Source of the DNA: Octopus bimaculoides
Lineage: Eukaryota
Assembly: GCF_001194135.2 (NCBI RefSeq)
Contig: NC_068982.1
Span: forward strand, 162,841,498 to 162,905,497
Length of the DNA stretch: 64,000 nt
Direction: 5' to 3'
Part shown: positions 53,867-64,000 of the stretch, piece by piece
Position numbering within the stretch: the stretch's first letter is position 1
How the letters are laid out: every line of letters starts with the position of its first letter
The notes under the pieces: generated by a model
What the model was told of the DNA's origin: nothing
Databases searched by the model: none
Seen by the model: the letters and a program-made list of their open reading frames with translations, nothing else
Made by a program: the position numbers and the translations under genes

Positions 53867-54299
53867 TCTTTCGATATGACTCGACAAAATCAAGTGTCTG
53901 TGTCTTGTCAATTGTCAGTTGACGAAATGGGAGGAGGAGAAGAAAGCTAATGGGTTGTACGTGCGTGCATACTTGTTCGCTTGTTCTTGTCTGTGTGTGC
54001 TGTTCTGTTTTTATGTGTTGTGGAATATATAGATATAACGAAATTATGCCAGCAATGTCTCATTTTAAACTTGAAGAAAAAAAAAGCCTTCAAGTTTTAA
54101 AAAGAGTCATTATATCTATATATTCCACAACACATATAAACAGAACAGCACACACAGAGAAAGAACAAGCACGCACAACCCATTAGCTTTCTTCTCCACC
54201 TCCCATTTCATCAAGTGACTGTTGACAAGACACAGACACGTGCTTTCACGGAAACAACCAAATTGAAATGTTTTGATTCTGTCGAGTCATATCGAAAGA
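53867..54299. repeat. ~430-bp imperfect fold-back (long inverted repeat; MITE-like)
   Basis: Left arm tctttcgatatgactcgaca...tgtggaatatatagatata pairs with right arm tatatctatatattccaca...tgtcgagtcatatcgaaaga. The central ttttaaacttgaag / cttcaagttttaaaa closes an A-rich loop. Confidence 0.9.
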
Positions 54300-54384
54300 A
54301 TACCGAAAATTCTCTAGAATCAATTTTTGAAATCGATATACTGCCCAAGCGTATACATTTAAAGGAAATAACAAAACCGAAACA

Positions 54385-54518
54385 TTATTTACATTTGACG
54401 GATATTTGTCCTCATCTTGTTTGTTGTTAACACGTTTCGGCTGATATACCCTCCACCTTTTATCAGGTGTCTTGGGGAAATTTGGAACCTGGGTTCTCAT
54501 TCCTAAGGTATTTTTCGA

Positions 54519-54553
<35 letters not shown>

Positions 54554-54625
54554 TCACTGCCTGGTATCGAACTCGGAATCTTGGGGTTAGTAGCCCGCGT
54601 TCTTAACCACTACGCCATATGTCCG
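54385..54625 (-). mobile_element. tRNA-derived SINE with (AAT)n linker and Penelope-like/hammerhead-like 3' segment
   Basis: A box TGGCGTAGTGG (54617-54607), B box GTTCGATACC (54572-54563), (AAT)n at 54519-54549, then CTGATAA..CAGCCGAAAC (54466-54434). Confidence 0.7.
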
Positions 54626-54884
54626 GTGTACTTGATAATTTTCCCCATGATAAAACTGGATTTCTTAGCCCTGAACAATTAGTATAGGAGACTTTTCAAT
54701 CTTGTTTTGAAAACAGACGTGTCTGTTACTGGCATTAAAAATCAAAATATCAACAAGAAACAAATAGGAGTATCAAGCAGTTAATTTTTATGCTGTAAGG
54801 AAGAAACAGAAGAGTTGTACGTTTTGGAAATATGTTTTTCAATGAACTTTGCATTTTGAAAGAATGGAAGATGGAAGCAGTTAG

Positions 54885-55080
54885 TTAGCCCCAGGTCAAC
54901 ACTGATCAAGCAAACCTATGATGAAAAGTATTCCAGCCGTGACCCTCCCATCTTTTTTCCGTTATCAGGAAACCAGAACCATATTAATATGTCCATTTTT
55001 AAAACAGAAGAGTGTGATCTAAGGTAGATTCGGTTGCTTTGCCTACTACTATGTCGAGCGACCATGTAGAGGCTCTTTTG
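54885..55080 (+). repeat. Representative of an abundant ~200-bp unclassified interspersed repeat
   Basis: Motif tagccccaggtcaac..ctgatcaagca.acctatgat.aaa...attccagcc.tgacc recurs, degenerate, at about 10620-10800(-), 22410-22580(+), 29540-29710(+), 33000-33190(-), 38420-38610(-), 46180-46260(+), 56280-56340(-), 58380-58460(-) and 58820-59030(+). Confidence 0.7.
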
Positions 55081-56861
55081 TTGATTCGTACGGAATATGT
55101 TTAGAATGGAATGGTATCATTTGACCTATTTAAAGGATAAAATAGTTATTTTAGTGAGAAGAGAAAGATAGCAGCAGTCATGTTGAGAGGTATTAATAAC
55201 AAACAGGAATAAAGAAATTAAATATTCTTTGTTTGCTTTTATTGTAGTAGCCATTGCTGTTCATTCGATTCCTAAACACCAACTGTACTGGCCAAACCAA
55301 TAGGCCTATCCGATCCCTTTTTCTTTTCCTTTTCACGAAAAGATTTACGAGGGAAAATTGTCAACGACACCGGTCTCCTTTGTTTAGATCAATACACTTT
55401 ATCTTTATATGTGTGTGTGTGCGTGTTAAAAAATATTGATCTCATGTGAGACTTTTTGCCTTATTTGACATTTATTTCATATCATTGTAGAATATAAAAG
55501 TCGAGAATTTTGCAGCTAATAGAATAACAGTTACAAAATATAATAGAGATTCTATAATAAAGCTGGAGTAAATTCTCCATCAAACAAGGAAGTAACTAAC
55601 AAAAGAAAAACTTCCGAAAAAATTTTTGAAGTAAAAAAACAAAACAATTACGAACTTATATTTTTTTAATTGTATAATCTTGTGTCCTGATGTAACAGAC
55701 AATTAAAGGTGTTCCATCCATGAACGTCCCATATTTTTCTAATTCTATGATTGTCTTGCCTGTGTCATTTTTTTGAAGAGAGGGGAATGTGATACGAGGC
55801 TAATAACTGAGTTAAGTTTTACTCGCGGGCTTCTGATTTGTTTTTGGTATTTCATTTTAATTTCGATTTCTAATTTATATTTTTTACATTTTATAAATGT
55901 TTCTTCCAAACATAGTTTTTTTCCTTCCAATACCAATAAGTTGGTCTTTTCTATTTTTGACTCGGAATTACATATATTCAAAGAATCATTTCAACATCAA
56001 TAAAATTGTCTTCATATTCTACTTCATTACATCTGTCGTTCTTAAAGACTTACGTGATCAATTTGATAACGATTTTATTTTAAAATTCTAAAAATTATTG
56101 CATTTTTGACTTACGTATTCCTTACATGTCGAAATTTATTTCAAGTAAAACAAGTCTCACCTCGCAGGAGCAATATCTTCATATACTCTATCCTCCTTAA
56201 AAAACAAAAAAAGCGAAAACAAAAGGCAAGAGCACCGGAAACACTGTGCATGAAAAAACAAAACTTTAAATTGAGTGATAAAAGCTGAAATGTTTTTGAT
56301 CATAGATCTGCTCTATCAGGAGTTACATGGGGCTCCATAACAGAATAAAACAAAGAATTATCTTGGCACAAAATGATTTGGTTAAAGCCTCTGAATTCGT
56401 ACGTTACCGAACGTCCTTGACCTCCGGTATAAAACGGCGATGACTTAGTAACCGATACACAATGCACACATTCGGCAATTTTGCTGAATTTTGAAGAATA
56501 TATAGATATAAATGAGTCATAAATGGTATATTTACTCACATCATTTAATTATGATAAAACCAAAGGAGACTTTAATCAAGGCGACGTTAAAATATTAAAT
56601 TACAAATAACACGTGCTTTTTTTTTTTTTTTATCTCGTCTGTTTGTGTGTGTATCTCGCTTGTCAGTTTCGACCGAGTAAATATTTAATTAAAAATATTT
56701 CGGGTGTAATCATTATTGCAAATGCGCATTATTCAATTTGTATTTCTTTTTAAAGATAGCGGGATGTGATTTGAGAGAGATTTGGGTCCTGTTTCTTGCG
56801 GGTCGAAAGATAGTGTAGAGGCCTCCAACATTGGCTCATGTATATGTATGTACACAGACAT

Positions 56862-56901
<40 letters not shown>

Positions 56902-59900
56902 CCGTCCAGCAAATGCCAACGGACGTTAAGCGATGATGATGATACTACACCTGATTTTCTCCCCTCCATACACACGCAAGCATGTATCTGACTCATACAC
57001 TGTTCACTTTCCAGACATTTGTACAATACTGCATATGATTTATGCGCACTTTTGACAAGTTGTAGTGCACCTGAGCACTGTATACAATAATTTCATTATT
57101 ATATATTATCATCATCATCGTTTAACGTCCGCTTTCCATGCTGGCATGAGGACTGGCAAGCCAGGAGGCTCCAATCTGATCTGGCAAGGTTTCTACAGCT
57201 GGATGCCCTTCCTAACGACAACCACTCCAAGAGTGTACTGAGTGCTTTTTACGTGTCACTGGCACTGACCATGCTCGAATGGTGCTTTTTACATGCCACC
57301 AGCACGACATCATCGTTTCACGTCTGTGTTTCATGTTGGCATGGGCTGGACGGTTTGACGGGAGGTATCCACCTAGAGGGCTGTCAAGACTCCAATTGTC
57401 TGTTTTGACATGGTTTCTACTGGATGCCCTTCGTAACGCTAATATATATCTAACAGGATGATTAGCTGAAAAATTAAGCTGGTTTGAGTTCCAATATACG
57501 TGTGTATGTAGATAAAGGAAGAATGATAAAACTAGGTAGTATTAAATGCAAAGATTTTATTCAACCCATTAAAGTTGACTGCCACATTTATTTCACCGCT
57601 AATAGAAGACACAGCAAACTGGTACACATGAATAATCCTGTTAATTAAAATACATTGGTTGCTTGTGTTTTTTGAAGATATAGATGTATGCAGGAAAAAT
57701 ACAAAGCTTGGCAACAAAACATCTCTGCTGATAATTCTCTCCTCACTAACGCTGCAAAGTGGAATAAAGCTGCTCTCATGCTGAAGATCTGAACTCCATC
57801 ACGACGACCCACCTCACTGAGGAAATAGCAGGAAAAGCTTCCCCTGTGTAGCTGATGGTGGTGTACTTGGCTAGTCTGTCATATGATGGGGTGGATAGCC
57901 CACATAAAGTTAGGACTTGATCATCATGTGATGAGCCAAAATGTGGGTACCTAAAGGTAAAGAGCCTAACTATGAACGTGCTTCTGCTACATGTGCAACA
58001 GTTTGGTAGATAACAACTGGCAAAGAAAGTTCTTTCCATAATGATGTAGTTGTTGACAGGTTCTGTAGTTTTGCTTGATAAAAAAATCAGGATCAGTTTC
58101 ATCTAATCAAACTGACATTATGAGAATGTGAACACAAGAGAAAGAATGGAATGTGAGAGTGATCTGCCATGGTTTTTAGTTTTAAGTCACTAGTTTAGCA
58201 AAAATAGTTCATGTTACAGTATTTCATTGTTGAGGATTCTGTCAAAACAAACAAGCTTAAGTAATCTGTCATCTTTTAAACATTGTAAAACCATTACTAT
58301 AACTGTGTTCATCATTCTTACTGACTTATAATTGGTGCTAAATAACAGGAACCAAGAAAAGGGGCATACTGAACCAAATGTAATCCTAAAGTGATAAGTA
58401 TGTCATAGCTGGAATGCCAACTATCATAGGTTTGCTTTTGATCAGGTCAGCCCTCAAGCTAAATAAAAATGACTGCACTGTACACCAAGTAACACTCTCT
58501 ACAGTTATTTATTAGAGTGTAAATCATAATTATGCTTTGTTAGTACACTATGATGCCAAGAAAAAGAGTAACAACCTTTTTCTAAATCTACTGCTTGTGA
58601 GGCAGATCTTGGTGAAGAATGAGAAACTGGAAAATTGATGGTTATTGCAAAAGTCTTGAAAACTAGTGAAGATTCAATCATTTACCAAAGTAGAAACTAT
58701 GCAAATACTTTAGTAGCAAAGACTTCAATAAATCCATGGGTAATACCTAAGTTAGAAACGTGCAAGAACAATCCAGGAGTAATAAAGTAGTTGTGAAATA
58801 AGACAGTATTTCTCCGGGTTGCTGTTTAAACCCAAATCATCCCTGATTCAGTGAAGCTGAGTTCCAGCCATGACCATTTTGTCTTCTTTACAGACTTACT
58901 GGATGGAGGACTATATTATCTAATGTGGTTTCTCTTTTTTCAGAAAGTAGGGTGTTATTTTAAGGAGGCTTGGAAGTTATTTTTAACAGATTGAACAGTC
59001 ATACAGAGACACCTTTTCCAGTTCAAACAGTACTATTGGTATAATTGGGGCAGATCCAGAAATAGAGTCTTCTATTATTAATTGGAAGCAACTGCGATAA
59101 AAATTGGCACAATTCTTGTTTTTATTATTTTTTTAAATTGCCATTCAAAGGAGACAAAGAGATTTTTAATAATAATCATTAATGGAATATATTTAAAATA
59201 TTTATTATTAACATCAGCTATTTACTAAATTTTATGATGAAACACAACAGAAATTTAAAGCAATTAGTAAATAATTACTGCTTACCATAAGTCAGTGTTC
59301 TTTGTAAAATGAAATCACTTGGAAGTGATCACCAGATTCTTGGTAGAAAGATGATACATTATAACTTGGAGAAAACATTGCATTGGGTTATAAATTTCCT
59401 GTTTGATATCTAAAACTTTGTACACCATTCTATAGTTAAAGGTTGTTTTTATCTCATGTTTGGAGCAAGTCTGAGATTAAAAAACAAGAGATACACTAAG
59501 TATATTTTTTAAAAAAAGTTCCTTTTTTCTTACAAAGTTTGTTTTCTTTTTTTGAAATTATTTTTCATTCTTTAATTTCAAGTTAGGCTTGTAACTAGCA
59601 TTTACAATAAAGCTACCACATGTGCTGTCTGTTTTATTTCCAACTTCATGTTGTGCCCATACAACAAAACATCTTTTAAGGGTGTTTTTCCCACTCATAC
59701 TGTTTCCCCATCACTACTATGTGAGCCTTTGCTTCCTGAATTGCATGGCTCTTCCATGTGATGCATTAAGCTTTCCTTTTCTCATTATCCCTACTATGTT
59801 GTTTCCCATGAATACTCTAAGCATTCAGCCCTGTCAGTCTTCACTAGAATTGTAACTCTTTGGAATTTGTTCACCACCCACGTCATTCCAAGAAACATTG

Positions 59901-60042
59901 ATCTACATGTGTTCAAATGAAACATCAATCACATTGGCCTTACAAAAGTCTCTCTTAGAGAGAGAGAGAGAGAGAGAGGGGGAGGGAGGNNNNNNNNNNN
60001 NNNNNNNNNNNNNNNNNNNNNNNNNNNNNNNNNNNNNNNNNN

Positions 60043-60097
<55 letters not shown>

Positions 60098-60533
60098 CAA
60101 ATTAAAAAAAGTGAAAAATATTTTTGGATACAGAACATTTAGTCAGAACTCAGAAGCATTTAAAACAACAGCATTTTTATTTATTTATTTAAATAGTGTA
60201 GTTAGCTAATTGTTTAAAAATTGTACAGGTTGATGATGATGATAGAATCAAACTTAGATATAGATATGTCCATTGCAAAGTCTGAGAAATGTGAAGGTAA
60301 TGGAAAAGAAGGTAACAACGGCAATTTGAGACAAGAACAAAGTTCCAATGAAGTTATGGACTTTATATCTTCAGAAATGATTCTGCTGTAGTTGATTTTA
60401 GTAATGAGATGCATTCATGAAATTCCCTGTCAATTTCTCCTGTGAACTCTGAGGTCTGATAGGCAATTTGATTTTCCTGTAAGCATTGTAGGAAATATGT
60501 ACAATTCAAAAAATTTCCATTTGATCTCCAAAG

Positions 60534-60650
<117 letters not shown>

Positions 60651-61468
60651 TCAATAATATAAATTTTTCGAAGTCATTTACAACCAAGACATTAATATCA
60701 TCATTATTTTACTTTAGTTATTATTCCTTCTCATTACATGCTCACATCACCATGATTTACTTTCACATTATACTGCCATGATGATCTATATTAACTATCA
60801 TTATCATCCATACCACAATAACCTACAGCTTATTTAATAATCATCATATATCAAACCACCTACCTCTACTCTATGTACTGTCATGTCTATACTATGGTAA
60901 GATATCACCTCTATCAACAGCCATCAGCTTCCTTCATATTTTCAGCCAATTCTCACCATTCATTCCATCCAAATTGTCAGGATAGTTTCTAATGATGTAA
61001 CAAAACTTTGATAAAGGATCAATATACTGTTTCCTAGCATCAGTTTGCTGTTTGGTCTGGAGTAATGGATGGAGCCTATGGCCTTCACAAACTTTCTGTG
61101 ATTACTGGTGAAATTAATGCCATTCTTCTTCAACAGCAAGCCTTGTGCAGGGAGAGAATTCCAGTGGGCTGACATTCCGGTGGGGAATGATTGGACTTAA
61201 TTCTGTTGGTTCAACCATTAGAAGCTCAAACCAGTCACTGTGTTATAACTTGGTTACACTCTTCTAACCATAACCATATGAAAACAGGTAAAATTACCTC
61301 CAACTCACTTTGGTGTGGCTGTTGTGATGGTGTCTATTTGTGTAACATTTCAGTTACTCATGAAGCTGATGTAAACAGATAAAACGTGTGTATTCATCAA
61401 GGAAGAGATATACACATATATGCACTTGTAGAGTTGGAACAGATGAAACACAATTTCAAGCATAGTTA

Positions 61469-61636
<168 letters not shown>

Positions 61637-61733
61637 TTATTCCACTTAGAAATGAAAAGGAAAACAGAAAATTAATATAAATAGAAATATATATATGCAC
61701 ATATATATATATGTGATAGAAAACAAAAGTTTA

Positions 61734-61850
<117 letters not shown>

Positions 61851-62169
61851 TTAATTATATCTAACAGAGTCAATTCTAATTTTAATAAATGAAAGGGGGT
61901 ATAGATAATTGAATTCTTACTAGTGTATTACTAGTACTTATTCAGTAAGACAAATAAAATGGAAGAAAGTATAGGAAAGTTGGTTATACATCATTAGATG
62001 TATACCTGGCTTACAAGAGCATTGAGTCTGGCAGGACTTGTACAAATATAAGATGACATTTATTGACACTGCATTATTCTAACAATACAATTTATGTAAT
62101 CAATAATAATTTTTTACATTGTCATAATACCCTACCATCTAGTGGGTGAGGCATAAGACTACCAGTAGT

Positions 62170-63600
62170 GCAAAAAGGAACTGTAAAAAAATTTATCTGG
62201 ATATTAAGCATGATGTCTTAAAGAGGCTTGATGCAGGAGAAAAAAAATCCTCTGCAGTGAGAACAATTGTGGCTTATTTTCCATAGATCTAAGGTGATGC
62301 TTAAAATGGGATGGCTCTTGGGTGTATGGATTGAGGATCAGATTCAACGCACTGCACCAATAAGCACAATGGTAATTTTTAAAAAAAGCCAAAAGTTTGT
62401 ATGGCAATTTGCTGCAAAAGGAAGGTGAAACTTCTTATGAGAACCTTCTGGCAAGTGAAAGCTGGTTTCAGAACAACTTGAATTTGCACGACATGAAAAT
62501 TGACTGGTGAAGCAGCTAATGTTGATACAAAGGTTACTAGTAAGTATCTTAAGCAGTTGTAAAAGAAAAATGATTGCTGAAGGGGCTACACACACCAGAG
62601 CAAATACACAATGCTGGTGAAACTGCACTTTGGAAGAGGCTTGTGTCAGCTAGAAATTTTATTTCTTGAGAAGGAAAAAAAATCAACAACAAAATTTAAA
62701 GCATCTAAAAATTGTCTGAGGCTTTTTTATGGGAGGAAAGCCACTGTTGATGTGAAATAAATCCTCTGCTTGTGTATCATTCTGAAAATCCAAAGGTTGC
62801 AAGTGTTATGTAAAGTTTAACTTGCCTCTGATTTGGTCTTCAAATAAGAAGGTATAGATTACTAAGAGCTTTTTGAAGAGGTGATTACAAACATGTTCTG
62901 TGCAGACAAAAAGTTGCATTGCTCTTTTTAGACAATGCACTAAGCCACATAGTAAACTTAAATGAACTTTCTGATAATGTGAGAGTAGAATATAACCACA
63001 ACAATACATCTTTGCTCCAGCCAATGGATCTAGGTGTGATAGCTAACTTCATGGCATATTATCTGGGAAAAACCTTCAAACAAAAGCAACTAACAGGGTG
63101 AATAAACCTACAATCAGAGACTGCTTGACGAGTGCAACATTATGGATGCTATGGATTAACATAGTTGAGCATGGGATGAAAAATCCTCAACTTTGAAAGA
63201 TATTTGGGAAAATATATGGTCAAACTGTGTCTAAGAATTTACAAGATTTCCACAAGTAGAAAATCTACATCAAACTCATAAACATATTGTGACACTTGCA
63301 AATAATAAAGGGTTTGAAGAAGTCACAGGGGATTATGTGACTAAGTTGCTCGTGTCCCACAGAAAAAGTTTATCTAATGAGGAGCTAATGATGTTAGCAC
63401 AAGAGCAAACTGAGAATACAGAAATCCCACCAACTCCACTTAATTTGATTGCAAAGAATATTGCTAAAGGGCTGGCACTCACAAAGGAAGGTCTGCAAAT
63501 TTTTGCTCATAACAACCCTAATCACAAAAATAGCATAAAAATTATGAGCTCAGTTATTACACTGAGCTGTACAAAGAAATGATGCAAATATCAAATAACT
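62170..63600 (+). mobile_element. Decayed Tigger/pogo (TIGD1-like) DNA transposon, antisense within a WDR5 intron
   Basis: Frameshifted pieces: KRNCKKIYLDIKHDVLKRLDAGEK (HTH), LLGVWIEDQ, LTGEAANVD, NAGETAL, NPLLVYHSENPK, LFLDNALSH, NTSLLQPMDLGVIANFMAYYL (DDE_1 motif). Ends not defined. Confidence 0.88.
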
Positions 63601-63766
63601 TTGGAAAGTTCTTCACCCCTCAAGTTTATATTGATGATGATGGGCTAAAAGATTGTGTCCCTCATCTTCCGGCACCACCATCCCACATACAGTATTCAAC
63701 AGCTTTTGTGGTAAAAATATACCCTATTAAGAGAATATAATTTGTAATTATTCCTTACCATATTTA

Positions 63767-64000
63767 ATCATCATCATCATCATCATCGTTTAACGTCCGC
63801 TTTCCATGCTAGCATGGGTTGGACGATTTGACTGAGGACTGGTGAAACCGGATGGCAACACCAGGCTCCAGTCTGATTTGGCAGAGTTTCTACAGCTGGA
63901 TGCCCTTCCTAACGCCAACCACTCAGAGAGTGTAGTGGGTGCTTTTACGTGTCACCCGCACGAAAACGGCCACGCTCGAAATGGTGTCTTTTATGTGCCA
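63767..64000 (-). mobile_element. Young RTE 3'-end copy running off the window
   Basis: (CAT)n tail at 63767-63787 and conserved end. 63867-64000 is the exact reverse complement of 50647-50780. Confidence 0.88.

Noticed and set aside
54550-54625. Functional tRNA gene (apparent ACT anticodon loop)
   Set aside because: The acceptor stem does not pair, and it is followed by (AAT)n and a repeat body rather than a T-run terminator. Interpreted as a SINE head.
56161-56182. MKILLLR first coding exon (UROS-like start)
   Set aside because: No downstream minus-strand exon continuing such a protein was found; the next strong acceptor (about 54795) gives an immediate stop.
59286-59429. Minus-strand segment with AG acceptor and GTAAGC donor downstream of WDR5
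   Set aside because: Stops in all three frames and no supporting partner exon. At most a non-coding exon.
44269-60533. U6atac snRNA downstream of WDR5 (recalled as a human neighbour)
   Set aside because: I could not find the conserved AAGGAGAGAAGGTTAGCACT core on either strand by eye. A cmsearch would be definitive.

Overview
AT-rich, repeat-dense metazoan genomic DNA with four N-gaps. The SINE and RTE repeat families look like octopod cephalopod (Octopus-like) sequence; that assignment is inference. Three conserved housekeeping genes were reconstructed by hand from GT-AG boundaries. (1) SURF4, complete, minus strand, 4 exons, join(28115-28165, 11051-11314, 7061-7104, 5029-5482) = 813 nt / 270 aa, ending in a KKxx motif. 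(2) TADA1, complete, plus strand, 10 exons, 28694-44268 = 1038 nt / 345 aa, head-to-head with SURF4 across a 528-bp spacer containing CRE, ETS and two CREB3/XBP1-like motifs. (3) The last two coding exons of WDR5, minus strand (61516-61603, 60534-60634), converging on TADA1. Introns and intergenic DNA hold a decayed Hsmar1-like mariner, a Tigger/pogo relic, a hAT MITE with an 8-bp TSD, a 91-bp mini-Helitron, RTE and CR1/L2 LINE relics, tRNA-SINEs and microsatellites. Almost all ORFs in the supplied track are spurious or transposon-derived. I found no convincing new multi-gene system. The best leads are the possibly ancient SURF4-TADA1-WDR5 linkage, the shared promoter motifs, several long fold-back structures, a structured 66-bp repeat in an RTE 3' UTR, and a hammerhead-like core in a SINE tail. 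Human reference sequences, exon sizes and map positions quoted here are recalled from memory and need checking.
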